A DNA stretch of 64,000 nt from Clostridia bacterium (GTDB lineage Bacteria > Bacillota > Clostridia > UMGS1810). The number at the start of each line of letters is the position of its first letter. The stretch's first letter is position 1. The notes below the pieces were generated by a model. It was not told where the DNA came from, ran no database searches, and saw only the letters and a list, made by a program, of their open reading frames with translations. The DNA lies in assembly GCA_045536915.1 (NCBI GenBank), contig JAZSOL010000041.1:14122-78121 (forward strand), written 5' to 3'. The position numbers were made by a program, and so were the translations under genes. Positions 10,127-19,722 of this stretch are shown here, piece after piece.

Positions 10127-10624
10127 ATGATTTGTGATATTGCAATCATACTTTTTATGCTGATTTGTTTTTTCTCGGGATGGAAAAAGGGGTTTGTACG
10201 TTCAGTCTACTCTCTGATTTCTATTCTGATATGTATTATTGTAACTTATTTTTTGAGCAATAGCGTTTCTCGTTTTTTGGCTGAAACTGAATGGGGGTTA
10301 AAATTCGGAGAAATGCTTGCTTCGAGTTATATTGGATTTGCGGCTGATGAGTGTGCAAAATCGGTAATATCAATTGTATCTGTGATACTTGTGTATTTCA
10401 TATCAAAAATTGCATTGAAGTTTTTGCTTGGCTTTCTTGATTCGCTCTCATCGCTTCCGTTAATCAGCTTTTTCAACAGCGTTCTCGGACTTGTGTTCAA
10501 TGGAGTTATGGGAGCTTTATGGATAGTTATTCTTGTTAATCTGATGTATTCTTTGCCGCAAACACAAAATGCTATAATTGAATCTGAGATTGTGAGTGAG
10601 CTTGAACTGCTTTTGTTTCAATGA
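10127..10624 (+). CDS. CvpA-family membrane protein
   Basis: There are four predicted TM helices. The N-terminus (DIAIILFMLICFFSGWKKGFVRSV) is typical of CvpA. The start choice (ATG 10127 versus TTG 10109) is uncertain. Confidence 0.65.
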   Translation: MICDIAIILFMLICFFSGWKKGFVRSVYSLISILICIIVTYFLSNSVSRFLAETEWGLKFGEMLASSYIGFAADECAKSVISIVSVILVYFISKIALKFLLGFLDSLSSLPLISFFNSVLGLVFNGVMGALWIVILVNLMYSLPQTQNAIIESEIVSELELLLFQ

Positions 10625-10705
10625 GTAATTCGGGAGAGTGTAATTAAATAATCAGCTTTTTTGTTATGGAAAATATGATTAAAATTGATGAATATAAAAA
10701 TGCAT

Positions 10706-10741
10706 GAAAAAAATCCTCGAATTCATAGGAATTGAGGATTT
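10706..10741 (-). terminator. Rho-independent terminator of tRNA-Ser
   Basis: On the - strand, stem aaatcctc(a)att / aatt(c)gaggattt is followed by TTTTTTT (the plus-strand A-run at 10707-10713). Confidence 0.7.
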
Positions 10742-10748
10742 GAACAAA

Positions 10749-10837
10749 TGGCGGAGCGGGTGGGATTCGAACCCACGTCCCTCAGGGGGCATCATGATTT
10801 CGAGTCATGTCCGTTATGACCACTTCGATACCGCTCC
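10749..10837 (-). tRNA. tRNA-Ser (anticodon CGA), with encoded CCA
   Basis: The reverse complement reads GGAGCGG-TA-TCGAAGTGGTCATAACGGA-CATGA-CT-CGA-AA-TCATG-(long variable arm ATGCCCCCTGAGGGAC)-GTGGGTTCGAATCCCAC-CCGCTCC-G-CCA. This gives a canonical cloverleaf with a class II long variable arm. Confidence 0.93.
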
Positions 10838-10868
10838 ATATAGTGTTGGTTTGTGTGCAACAAAATGT

Positions 10869-10897
10869 ATTATACTATATTATTTTGAATTTGTAAA
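10869..10897 (-). promoter_or_regulatory. Sigma-A type promoter for tRNA-Ser
   Basis: On the - strand, TTTACA (10897-10892) is followed by a 17-nt spacer and TATAAT (10874-10869), about 30 nt upstream of the tRNA 5' end. Confidence 0.6.
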
Positions 10898-11042
10898 TAG
10901 TAAATCTGAAAATTTTTTAAAAAATATCAAAATAATTTATAAAATCAAATGTATGGCTTTGTATTTTGTACATTAATGCTTGATAAACATTGAACAGCAA
11001 CGGCGCTGTTGTGTTTTATCAGTAATTTGGGAGGTGACTGTC

Positions 11043-12581
11043 TTGAAAAAAACATCAAGATTTTTAACAAGCAAAAAAATGGTTGCTTTTCTTTTGCTTA
11101 CGATTCAAATATTAATTTTTGCATTGTTCTTTAGCGTTTTAAAAGAATATTCTTTTTACCTGTATGGCGGAAGCACCGTTATTGGAGTTGTATTGATTTT
11201 TTTTCTTATAAATCGTAATATCGATGGTGGAATAAAACAATCGTGGCTTATTTTAATGGCTGTACTTCCGATATTCGGAGTTTGTTTATACTTGTATGTG
11301 AGAGCTGATATTCCCTCATCAAAGCTGAAACAGAGAATAAATGACACATGTCGGCAAAGTAAATTTTTGGTTGAATATGATACAGATAAATTGCATGAGC
11401 TCAATAAGATTCACGATTCCGATGCAGGGCTGTTTAATTATTTATACCGCACAGGGGATGCACCGGTTTACCAAAGCACATATTCCGAGTATTTCCCTCT
11501 CGGCGAGGATGCTTTCAAAGCTATGACGGAAGAGCTGAAAAAAGCAGAGAACTTTATATTTATGGAATATTTTATAATAAATATAAACGGTCATATGTGG
11601 AATCTGATTTACGAAATATTAAAAGAAAAAGTAAAACAGGGAGTGGATGTGAGAGTCATGTATGACGGTATGGGTTCTCTTGCTACCACGAATGAGGAGT
11701 TTTTTGAGCAAATTAATAATTCAGGAATAAAGTGCAGAATATTTGCTCCGGTAAAACCATTTTTATCAACATATCAAAACAATCGTGACCACAGGAAAAT
11801 GCTTATTATAGATGGGAAAACAGCTTTCAGCGGCGGTATTAATATTTCGGATGAATATATAAACCGTCGGGAATTATATGGTCACTGGAAAGACAATTCC
11901 ATTATGCTAAAGGGAGAAGCTGTTAAATCTTTTACTCTTATGTTTTTGAGAATGTGGAATACTCAAGGTACTGATGCGGATGAATACGAAAAGTACATTC
12001 ATATCCCAACCACCCCTTCGGTATACAAAGATGACGGTTATGTATGTCCGTTTGCCGATGGTCCTTCTGGTAATGAAAGAATTGCAAAGTCGGTTTATAT
12101 GTCTGTTATTGACCGCGCTCAACAATATGTGCACATTATCACGCCTTATTTGATTTTGGACGACGAACTCAAAGAAGCTCTGAAATTTGCCGCAAAAAGA
12201 AATGTGGATGTTAAAATTCTGATGCCTCATATTCCCGATAAATGGTATGCGTTTGCACTTGCAAGAACCTACTATCCAGAACTGATTTTGGCGGGAGTTA
12301 AAATTTACGAATATACCCCCGGATTTGTTCATGCAAAGACTGTTGTGAGTGACGATTTGCGTGCTGTTGTAGGAACGAGTAACTTTGACTACAGAAGCTT
12401 GTTTTTGCATTATGAGTGCGCTGTCTATTTCTATCAATGCAGTGTTATAGATGATATAAATGCAGACTTTATTCAAACATTGGAAAAATCGCAGGAATTT
12501 ACAGTTAAAGACTATAAATCCACACCGGTTTTTATGCGTATTGTGGGAAGAATTTTAAGAGCATTTGCCCCGCTTATGTGA
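11043..12581 (+). CDS. cls: Cardiolipin synthase (phospholipase D family)
   Basis: Two N-terminal TM helices and two HKD motifs are present (HRKMLIIDGKTAFSGGINISDEY and HAKTVVSDDLRAVVGTSNFDYRS). The likely start is TTG 11043, 6 nt after GGGAGGTG; the ORF is open from 10980. Confidence 0.9.
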   Translation: MKKTSRFLTSKKMVAFLLLTIQILIFALFFSVLKEYSFYLYGGSTVIGVVLIFFLINRNIDGGIKQSWLILMAVLPIFGVCLYLYVRADIPSSKLKQRINDTCRQSKFLVEYDTDKLHELNKIHDSDAGLFNYLYRTGDAPVYQSTYSEYFPLGEDAFKAMTEELKKAENFIFMEYFIININGHMWNLIYEILKEKVKQGVDVRVMYDGMGSLATTNEEFFEQINNSGIKCRIFAPVKPFLSTYQNNRDHRKMLIIDGKTAFSGGINISDEYINRRELYGHWKDNSIMLKGEAVKSFTLMFLRMWNTQGTDADEYEKYIHIPTTPSVYKDDGYVCPFADGPSGNERIAKSVYMSVIDRAQQYVHIITPYLILDDELKEALKFAAKRNVDVKILMPHIPDKWYAFALARTYYPELILAGVKIYEYTPGFVHAKTVVSDDLRAVVGTSNFDYRSLFLHYECAVYFYQCSVIDDINADFIQTLEKSQEFTVKDYKSTPVFMRIVGRILRAFAPLM

Positions 12582-12606
12582 TTTTTTATAAAACTATAGT
12601 TTTATA

Positions 12607-12636
12607 TTGACAAATTATACAGCACAGGTATATAAT
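12607..12636 (+). promoter_or_regulatory. Sigma-A type promoter of the glutamine synthetase gene, with an internal 5-7-5 dyad
   Basis: TTGACA (12607-12612) is followed by an 18-nt spacer and TATAAT (12631-12636). The dyad TATAC-N7-GTATA (12616-12632) lies inside the spacer. Confidence 0.65.
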
Positions 12637-12648
12637 ATCAATATATGT

Positions 12649-12680
12649 AGGTGCTGTGATGGTAATCGCAGTACCTTTTT
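12649..12680 (+). promoter_or_regulatory. 5'-leader stem-loop followed by a U-tract (possible attenuator or 5' stabiliser) upstream of glnN
   Basis: A 10-bp stem aggtgctgtg / cgcagtacct (2 G-U pairs) with an 8-nt loop is followed directly by ttttt. It lies between the predicted TSS (~12643) and the RBS aaggagg (12689-12695). Confidence 0.4.
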
Positions 12681-12702
12681 GAATTTATAAGGAGGAATTC
12701 TA

Positions 12703-14802
12703 ATGGTAAGTGTAACCGAAATTTTCGGAAGTGAAGTTTTCAACGACAGTGTTATGCGTTCCAAACTTCCGAAAGCTACATATAAAACCCTTAAAGAAAC
12801 TATAAATGAAGGAAAGCCGCTTTCTTTAGAAACTGCTAATGTTGTTGCAAGCGCAATGAAAGATTGGGCGCTGGAAAAAGGTGCAACTCACTACACACAC
12901 TGGTTTCAGCCTATGACCGGAATCACCGCAGAAAAACATGACAGCTTCATTTCACCGGCTGATGACGGCAGAATAATAATGGAGTTTTCGGGAAAAGAAC
13001 TTATAAAAGGTGAACCCGACGCTTCTTCTTTCCCGTCCGGCGGTTTACGTGAGACGTGTGAGGCAAGGGGATACACAGCCTGGGACCCCACATCATTTGC
13101 ATTTGTTAAAGACGGTACACTTTGTATTCCAACAGCGTTTTGCTCTTACGGCGGAGAAGCTCTCGATAAAAAAACTCCGTTGTTGCGTTCGATGGAAGCT
13201 ATCAATATGCAGGCTCTTCGTATTTTAAGACTTTTCGGCAATACTACAGTTCGCAATGTATTAACAACTGTTGGACCCGAACAGGAATATTTTCTTATAG
13301 ACAAAGCTCTCTATGAGCGCCGCAAAGACCTGATATACACCGGCAGAACACTTTTTGGTGCAAGACCGCCGAAAGGTCAGGAACTTGATGACCATTATTT
13401 CGGAGTAATCAAGCCGAAAATTTCAGAGTTTATGAAAGAGCTTGATACCGAACTATGGAAACTTGGCATTCTTGCCAAAACCAAACATAACGAAGCTGCG
13501 CCGGCTCAGCACGAACTTGCACCCATATACACTACCACAAACCTTGCAACTGATCATAACCAGCTTACTATGGAAATGATGAAAAAGATTGCATTAAGAC
13601 ATGATATGGTTTGCCTTCTTCACGAGAAACCTTTTGCAGGGGTTAATGGTTCCGGTAAGCATAATAACTGGTCTCTTTCAACCGATACAGGTGTTAATCT
13701 GCTCGAACCCGGGAAAACCCCACACGATAACGCACAATTCCTCCTCTTTTTCTGTGCAGTGATAAAAGCTGTTGATGAGTATCAGGATTTGTTGAGGGTG
13801 AGTGTTGCAAATGCCGGAAACGATCATAGACTGGGCGGCGGAGAAGCTCCTCCGGCAATTGTTTCGATATTTATAGGCGAACAACTCGAGGCGATTTTGA
13901 ATGCTCTTGAAAACAAAGCGGAATACAGTGAAAAGAAACGTGAAAAATTTAAAGTCGGTGTGCATGTTTTACCAACGTTTTCAAAGGATACTACTGATCG
14001 TAACAGAACATCTCCTTTTGCATTTACAGGCAATAAATTTGAATTCCGTATGCTTGGTTCAACATTTTCCGTTGCAGGTCCCAACACGATGCTCAATACG
14101 ATTGTTGCGGAAGAACTGCGTAAATTTGCAGATGAGCTTGAAAAGAGTGATGATTTCCAGAAGGCTTTAAGCAAACTTATACGAAACACCATAAAAAAAC
14201 ACAAAAGAATTATCTTCAACGGAAACAACTATTCTGAGGAATGGGTGAAAGAGGCGGAAAGGAGAGGGCTCAGTAATCTTAAGAGTACTCCTGAAGCCAT
14301 ACCGCATCTGCTCGACAAGAAAAACATAGATGTTCTCACAAGACACGGTGTGTATAATCGCACTGAGCTTGAATCCAGGTGTGAAATTTTGCTCGAAAAC
14401 TACTCTAAAACAATAAATATTGAAGCGCTCACAATGGTAGATATGATTCGCAAGGATATAATACCGGCTATAAGCCGATATTGTGAAGCACTTGCTGATT
14501 CAGCAAATTCACGAAAAGCATTTGTTCCGTCGGCAAATGTTGGTGTTGAGATGAAACTTATTGAAAAGCTTTCTGTTCTCAATTCTGATCTTTATGATGC
14601 CGCTGAAGAACTTGCTGTTTCTGTTGAAGATGCACGCAAGCTTAAAAGTAATATTGAAAAGTGCGCGGTTTATTTCAGGGAAGTTGTGGTTGAGGCAATG
14701 AACAAGGCAAGAGCCATAATTGATGAAATGGAGTTGAATACTTCATCTGAATACTGGCCGTATCCGTCGTATGGGGAACTTTTATTCAGTATAAGTCAAT
14801 AA
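12703..14802 (+). CDS. glnN: Glutamine synthetase, type III
   Basis: The product is 699 aa, the size and architecture of GSIII. The N-terminus ([23 protein letters not shown]) and the core ([44 protein letters not shown]) are typical of the type III enzymes. Confidence 0.9.
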   Translation: MVSVTEIFGSEVFNDSVMRSKLPKATYKTLKETINEGKPLSLETANVVASAMKDWALEKGATHYTHWFQPMTGITAEKHDSFISPADDGRIIMEFSGKELIKGEPDASSFPSGGLRETCEARGYTAWDPTSFAFVKDGTLCIPTAFCSYGGEALDKKTPLLRSMEAINMQALRILRLFGNTTVRNVLTTVGPEQEYFLIDKALYERRKDLIYTGRTLFGARPPKGQELDDHYFGVIKPKISEFMKELDTELWKLGILAKTKHNEAAPAQHELAPIYTTTNLATDHNQLTMEMMKKIALRHDMVCLLHEKPFAGVNGSGKHNNWSLSTDTGVNLLEPGKTPHDNAQFLLFFCAVIKAVDEYQDLLRVSVANAGNDHRLGGGEAPPAIVSIFIGEQLEAILNALENKAEYSEKKREKFKVGVHVLPTFSKDTTDRNRTSPFAFTGNKFEFRMLGSTFSVAGPNTMLNTIVAEELRKFADELEKSDDFQKALSKLIRNTIKKHKRIIFNGNNYSEEWVKEAERRGLSNLKSTPEAIPHLLDKKNIDVLTRHGVYNRTELESRCEILLENYSKTINIEALTMVDMIRKDIIPAISRYCEALADSANSRKAFVPSANVGVEMKLIEKLSVLNSDLYDAAEELAVSVEDARKLKSNIEKCAVYFREVVVEAMNKARAIIDEMELNTSSEYWPYPSYGELLFSISQ

Positions 14803-14827
14803 TATAAATCATATATGGAGAGTAATT

Positions 14828-15646
14828 ATGAATATAATAACGATAATTCAGACATTGATACTCGGTATAATTCAAGGTATAACAGAATGGTTACCAATCA
14901 GCAGTACAGGACATATGCTTTTGTTTGATTCTCTTTGGCCTATGACCGGAGTGAGTCAGGAGTTTATGGACACTTTTAAGGTTGTGATACAGTTTGGCTC
15001 AATACTTGCGGTTGTTGTTCTTTATTTTGAGAAACTCAATCCGTTTTCACCCGGAAAAGATGCCACGGGGCGTAAAGATGTGTGGAATCTCTGGTTTAAA
15101 GTTGCAGTTGCATCAATTCCTGCCGCATTGTTGGGACTACTGTTTGAAGATGCTATAGACAGTGTTCTCAGTGAGAATTACGTTATAGCAATAACACTCA
15201 TTGTGTATGGAATTGGCTTTATAATCATGGAAAGCGTTGCCCGTAAATCAGCTTTTAAGGATGTTGCAGATTTTACATTCAAAACAGCTTTTTTAATAGG
15301 TCTTTTTCAGTCGCTTGCTCTTATTCCGGGTACATCACGCTCGGGCGCAACAATAATCGGTGCTGTTGCAATAGGGTGTTCAAGAGCTGCGGCGGCAGAA
15401 TTTTCGTTTTTCCTTGCAATACCGGTGATGTTTGGCGCAAGTGCATTTAAGCTTTTGAAAACCGGCTTTTCATTTGCATCATTTGAGTGGGGGATACTGT
15501 TAACCGGTATGGTTGTTGCATTTTTGGTTTCTGTGTTTGCAATAAAGTTTCTTATGGGATACATTCGCAAACATGACTTCAAAGCCTTCGGATGGTACAG
15601 AATCATTCTCGGTATAGTGGTTTTGCTGTATTTTTATGTGATATAG
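14828..15646 (+). CDS. uppP: Undecaprenyl-diphosphate phosphatase
   Basis: The GIIQGITEWLPISSTGHM and PGTSRSGATI signature motifs are present in a polytopic membrane protein. Confidence 0.92.
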   Translation: MNIITIIQTLILGIIQGITEWLPISSTGHMLLFDSLWPMTGVSQEFMDTFKVVIQFGSILAVVVLYFEKLNPFSPGKDATGRKDVWNLWFKVAVASIPAALLGLLFEDAIDSVLSENYVIAITLIVYGIGFIIMESVARKSAFKDVADFTFKTAFLIGLFQSLALIPGTSRSGATIIGAVAIGCSRAAAAEFSFFLAIPVMFGASAFKLLKTGFSFASFEWGILLTGMVVAFLVSVFAIKFLMGYIRKHDFKAFGWYRIILGIVVLLYFYVI

Positions 15647-15686
15647 CAGAAAATATTGTTCTAAATGACGGATATTTAATTTATTA

Positions 15687-15715
15687 TTGACTTTAGCGCT
15701 TTAGTGTGGTAATAT
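15687..15715 (+). promoter_or_regulatory. Sigma-A type promoter with an extended -10, upstream of the ABC substrate-binding protein gene
   Basis: TTGACT is followed by a 17-nt spacer and TGgTAATAT. Confidence 0.6.
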
Positions 15716-15748
15716 ATCAAAGTAAATTAAAAAATAGGAGAGATAACT

Positions 15749-16618
15749 ATGAAAAAAATTATTGCATTACTTTTGGCAGTATGCACATTATTTGCTTTTG
15801 CGGCATGCTCCAACAAAACAACAAACACATCTGATGTTGCATTAGGCGATTATGATTACATCAAAGAAAAGGGTGTAATGACAGTTGGTGTTACCAACTA
15901 TCCGCCTATGAACTACCTTGATGACAACGGCGACTGGACCGGTTTTGACACAGAATTCGCTCAGGCTGTTGCTGCACAGCTCGGACTTGAAGTTGAGTTT
16001 GTTGAAATCAGCTGGGAAGCGAAAGAAACTGAACTCGCATCTAAAAACATTGACGTACTCTGGAATGGTATGTGTATTACCGAAGACAGAAAGGAAATGT
16101 GGGAAGTTACAAAACCGTATATGTACAATACTCAGGCAATGGTAATGAAAGCCGACAAAGCTGATGAAATCATGGCAGATATCAGCGGCAAAAACGTTGT
16201 TGCTGAAGCAGGTTCAACAGGTGAAGAAAAAATCAACGGAACAATTGATGATTCTTCAGATAATACTGTAAAGGTTATAGCTAAAGATTATTTTGCAGAT
16301 GCAAACTACACCGGTGTTGATTCAATGGCAACTGCTTTAATGGACGTACAGCAGGGTGTTGCTGATGTGGCTGTTGTTGACTCTGTAATTGCTCAGGGTA
16401 TGATTGAAAGCGAAGGTTCTTCGTTTGGCGATCTTGTTATTAATCTTGATAACAAATTTGGCGATCAGTACTTTGGTATTGCTTTTAGAAAAGGAAGCGA
16501 TATGTGTGAAAAGGTAAATAATGCTATTGCTGAACTTACTGAAAACGGTAAATTAAATGAAATTGCTGAAAAATACGGTCTTGTTGACGGTATTGCAGCT
16601 GCTGCAAACGCTCAGTAA
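15749..16618 (+). CDS. Amino-acid ABC transporter substrate-binding lipoprotein (family 3 SBP)
   Basis: A lipobox (LFAFAAC-S) follows the signal peptide. The core (GVTNYPPMNYLDDNGDWTGFDTEFAQAVA..LGLEVEFVEISW) is typical of polar amino-acid binding proteins. Confidence 0.85.
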   Translation: MKKIIALLLAVCTLFAFAACSNKTTNTSDVALGDYDYIKEKGVMTVGVTNYPPMNYLDDNGDWTGFDTEFAQAVAAQLGLEVEFVEISWEAKETELASKNIDVLWNGMCITEDRKEMWEVTKPYMYNTQAMVMKADKADEIMADISGKNVVAEAGSTGEEKINGTIDDSSDNTVKVIAKDYFADANYTGVDSMATALMDVQQGVADVAVVDSVIAQGMIESEGSSFGDLVINLDNKFGDQYFGIAFRKGSDMCEKVNNAIAELTENGKLNEIAEKYGLVDGIAAAANAQ

Positions 16619-16635
16619 TTAAAATCAGAATTTTG

Positions 16636-16670
16636 GAGGTTTCCGTTTTTCTGCGGAAACCTCTGTTTCT
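16636..16670 (+). terminator. Rho-independent terminator after the SBP gene
   Basis: A 10-bp GC-containing stem gaggtttccg / cggaaacctc with an 8-nt loop is followed by tgtttctgt. Confidence 0.7.
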
Positions 16671-16685
16671 GTATATCAACGTGCG

Positions 16686-16745
16686 TTTGCAGTATTGCTG
16701 TTGAATTGAAAAGCTTGAATTTTAAAGCAACAGCAATACTGCAAA
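16686..16745. repeat. Perfect 18-bp inverted repeat with a 24-nt spacer, immediately upstream of the Fe-ADH-family gene RBS
   Basis: tttgcagtattgctgttg (16686-16703) is the exact reverse complement of caacagcaatactgcaaa (16728-16745). There is no U-tract afterwards. The RBS aaaggag lies 12 nt downstream. Confidence 0.85.
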
Positions 16746-16772
16746 AGTGTATTCTGAAAGGAGTTTCGCCAA

Positions 16773-17846
16773 ATGAAGGAATGTTTTTTTGCAAATTACA
16801 CAATAGGTTCAGATGCATATGAAAATATATCAGATGTTTGTTTGAGTCTTGGTAGAAATGTGTTGATTGTTGGCGGTCAGACTGCGTTATCGAAAGCAGA
16901 AACAAAGCTGAAAGATTCGATGTCTGAATTTGAAATTGTTGATGTAGTAGTATATGGTGAGGAATGCTTCAAAAAACGCATTGAACAGCTATATGTATTA
17001 TATAAAAACAGTAATATTGATTTTGTAATGGGAGTTGGAGGCGGAAAAGCTATAGACACATCAAAATGTCTTGCAGATATGCTCGGAGTACAGGTTGTAA
17101 CAGTGCCCACGATTGCTTCGACGTGTGCTGCTTCTTCTGCACTTTCTGTAATATATAATGAAAATCACGCCTTTGAAGGCTTTTGGTATTTAAAATCTCC
17201 GGCTTACCACGTTTTTATTGACACTCAGATAATATGTGATGCACCTGATAAATATTTTCGTGCCGGAATAGGGGATACACTTGCTAAATATTATGAGGTT
17301 GAATTTTCTTCACGTAATCAGATTAAAACATATAATGATGAACTTGGAATTGCAATAAGCGGTATGTGTAATACTCCACTTATAAACTGCGCGCCGGTTG
17401 CTCTTAAAGATTGTAAAAACAACCATGTATCAAATGAATTTGAACAGGCGGTTCTAATCATTTTAATTAGCACAGGAATGGTGAGTATGCTCATAAATCC
17501 TAAATTCAACGGCGCTGTTGCTCATGCTCTTTTTTACGGGCTCACTGAGATTGATGGATTTGAAAAGAATTTTCTTCACGGTGATGTAATAGGCTACACA
17601 ACAGCAGTTCAGCTTATGCTTGATAATAAGGAAAGCGAAGCACTGAGAATCCTTGAACTTATAAAAATGCTTGGAGTTGAAACAACATTAACCGAACGTA
17701 ACGTGAAAGTTGATTTTGAGTATCTCAAACCTGTTCTCGAATCAACAATTAAAGATCCTGATATGGAACTCATACCTTATGAAATTACAACGGAAATGAT
17801 TTTTGAAGCAATTTTAAAAATCGAAAAATTGTTTGGAGGTAAATAG
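16773..17846 (+). CDS. Iron-containing alcohol dehydrogenase superfamily protein, glycerol-dehydrogenase-like
   Basis: The GGGKAIDT nucleotide loop, TIASTCAA, and metal-ligand-type motifs (GIGDTLAKYYE, AHALFYG, LHGDVIGY) resemble GldA-type polyol dehydrogenases. Confidence 0.75.
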   Translation: MKECFFANYTIGSDAYENISDVCLSLGRNVLIVGGQTALSKAETKLKDSMSEFEIVDVVVYGEECFKKRIEQLYVLYKNSNIDFVMGVGGGKAIDTSKCLADMLGVQVVTVPTIASTCAASSALSVIYNENHAFEGFWYLKSPAYHVFIDTQIICDAPDKYFRAGIGDTLAKYYEVEFSSRNQIKTYNDELGIAISGMCNTPLINCAPVALKDCKNNHVSNEFEQAVLIILISTGMVSMLINPKFNGAVAHALFYGLTEIDGFEKNFLHGDVIGYTTAVQLMLDNKESEALRILELIKMLGVETTLTERNVKVDFEYLKPVLESTIKDPDMELIPYEITTEMIFEAILKIEKLFGGK

Positions 17847-17848
17847 TA

Positions 17849-18484
17849 ATGAATGCTTGGCAAATGTTACTCGAAGGTTTTGGCACTAACTGTATTCTTT
17901 TTGTAATCACACTGGTTATGTCGTTACCTTTAGGGTTATTGATAGCTTTTTGTACGATGTCAAAATTCAAACCGCTTAAATGGTTTATGAAAACTTTTGT
18001 GTGGGTGATAAGAGGAACTCCGCTTATGCTGCAGCTTTTTGTTGTTTTATATGCTCCCGGATTGATTTTCGGATATCCTATATCATCCCGTTTCACAGCG
18101 GCGGTTATAGCATTTGTTATCAATTATGCGGCATATTTTTCCGAAATATATCGTGGTGGAATAGAAAGTATATCCAAAGGTCAGTACGAAGCAGGACAGG
18201 TTCTCGGACTTACTAAAATACAAACATTTTTTAAGGTTATACTTTTTCAGGTGATAAAACGCATTACACCTTCAATGGGAAATGAAGTAATAACCCTTGT
18301 TAAAGATACATCGCTTGCCCGTGTCATAGGTGTTATTGAAATTATTCAGAATGCGCAGCGTTTTGCGGCAAGAGGAATAATATGGCCTCTTTTCGCAACC
18401 GGGTTGTATTTCCTTGCATTTACAGCAGTTCTTTCACTGCTTCTTTCATACCTCGAAAAGAGACTCAATTATTATAATGGTTAA
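17849..18484 (+). CDS. Amino-acid ABC transporter permease (His/Glu/Gln/Arg/opine family)
   Basis: There are five TM helices and the EAA-type loop (GQYEAGQVLGLTK.QTFFKVILFQ). It starts 3 nt after the dehydrogenase stop. Confidence 0.85.
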   Translation: MNAWQMLLEGFGTNCILFVITLVMSLPLGLLIAFCTMSKFKPLKWFMKTFVWVIRGTPLMLQLFVVLYAPGLIFGYPISSRFTAAVIAFVINYAAYFSEIYRGGIESISKGQYEAGQVLGLTKIQTFFKVILFQVIKRITPSMGNEVITLVKDTSLARVIGVIEIIQNAQRFAARGIIWPLFATGLYFLAFTAVLSLLLSYLEKRLNYYNG

Positions 18485-18496
18485 AAAGGTGATATA

Positions 18497-19282
18497 ATGA
18501 GTATACTTGAAGTTAATAATATATGCAAAAAATTTGGCAACACAGAGGTTTTAAAAGGCGTTAGTTTTTCTATGAACGAGGGAGAAGTTGTGTCTGTGCT
18601 TGGTTCCTCGGGCAGTGGGAAAACAACACTTCTTCGTTGTATTAATTTTCTTGAGCGTGCCGATGAAGGTGTTATAAAAGTTAATAATGAAGTAATATTT
18701 GATGCCGAAAACGGAACATATACTTCAAATCAGATAAGAAAGGCGCAGTTGAATTTTGGCCTTGTTTTTCAGTCGTTTAATTTGTTCCCGCAATACAATG
18801 TTTTTGAAAACGTCACCCTTGCTCCGAAACTATTGGCTAAAGAGCGTAATGATTATAAACATAACAAGCATGCAATTATTGCTGAAATTGAAGAAAATGC
18901 GAGAAAGGTAATTGAAAGCGTTGGTTTATCCGAAAAAATCAACAATTATCCCTGTCAGCTTTCCGGCGGTCAGCAGCAACGTGTATCAATTGCACGTGCT
19001 TTGGCTCTGAAACCGAAAATTCTTTTCTTTGATGAGCCAACAAGCGCTCTTGATCCTGAACTTACAGGTGAGATTCTCAGAGTAATTAAACAACTTGCAA
19101 AAGAGAATATAACAATGGTTATTGTAACTCATGAAATCGGTTTTGCCAAAAACGTTTCCGACAGGATTATATTTATGGACAAAGGTGTTATAGCTGAAGA
19201 AGGTACTCCTCAGGAGGTTATAGATAATCCTAAAAATGAACGCACAAAAGCTTTTCTTAATCTCGTTGGTCAAAAGGACTGA
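18497..19282 (+). CDS. Amino-acid ABC transporter ATP-binding protein (GlnQ-like)
   Basis: Motifs are [24 protein letters not shown] and [13 protein letters not shown]. Confidence 0.9.
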   Translation: MSILEVNNICKKFGNTEVLKGVSFSMNEGEVVSVLGSSGSGKTTLLRCINFLERADEGVIKVNNEVIFDAENGTYTSNQIRKAQLNFGLVFQSFNLFPQYNVFENVTLAPKLLAKERNDYKHNKHAIIAEIEENARKVIESVGLSEKINNYPCQLSGGQQQRVSIARALALKPKILFFDEPTSALDPELTGEILRVIKQLAKENITMVIVTHEIGFAKNVSDRIIFMDKGVIAEEGTPQEVIDNPKNERTKAFLNLVGQKD

Positions 19283-19341
19283 CAGCGGAATGCGTTGTGT
19301 TAGTCTGAATAAAAAACATTGATTTCACAGGATGTGTAAAA

Positions 19342-19686
19342 ATGTATTACATTTACATTTTAAAATGTGAGGGCAACAGTTTGTATACGGGGATTGCTTC
19401 AGATGTGGTGCGGCGGTTTTCGGAGCATTGCTCGGGAAGTAAATTTGGTGCCAAATACACGAAAGCTCATAAACCGGAATGCATCGAAATGGTATGGTGC
19501 GTGGAGAGTCGCTCGCAGGCTACACGTATTGAAGCATATATCAAAAAATTATCTAAGGATTTAAAGTGCAGATTAATAGCTTCGCCTGAATTTCTCGACA
19601 GAGAATTCCCGAAATCTGATTCCGATTCCGATATAAAAGTATTAAGAGAATATTGCGGATATAAAAACAGCTACAGTAACCATTGA
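19342..19686 (+). CDS. GIY-YIG nuclease family protein (UPF0213-like)
   Basis: The N-terminus YYIYILKCEGNSLYTGIASDVVRRFSEH is a typical GIY-YIG motif arrangement. Confidence 0.75.
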   Translation: MYYIYILKCEGNSLYTGIASDVVRRFSEHCSGSKFGAKYTKAHKPECIEMVWCVESRSQATRIEAYIKKLSKDLKCRLIASPEFLDREFPKSDSDSDIKVLREYCGYKNSYSNH

Positions 19687-19705
19687 TTTGGTATACTGTA
19701 GCTGT
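19667..19705. terminator. Bidirectional terminator hairpin between the convergent GIY-YIG and HD genes
   Basis: A perfect 12-bp stem acagctacagta / tactgtagctgt with a 15-nt loop is flanked by an A-run upstream and ttggatttt downstream. Confidence 0.65.
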
Positions 19706-19722
19706 TTGGATTTTATAGCTGA

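Noticed and set aside
10704-10976. A 90-aa + strand ORF between cvpA and cls.
   Set aside because: It is the reverse-strand shadow of tRNA-Ser(CGA) plus its promoter and terminator. It has no RBS.
12588-12605. An 18-bp perfect palindrome ATAAAACTATAGTTTTAT right after the cls stop.
   Set aside because: It is made almost entirely of A/T. It would form only a weak hairpin with no loop, and such palindromes arise easily in AT-rich spacers. I noted it only as a possible weak cls terminator.
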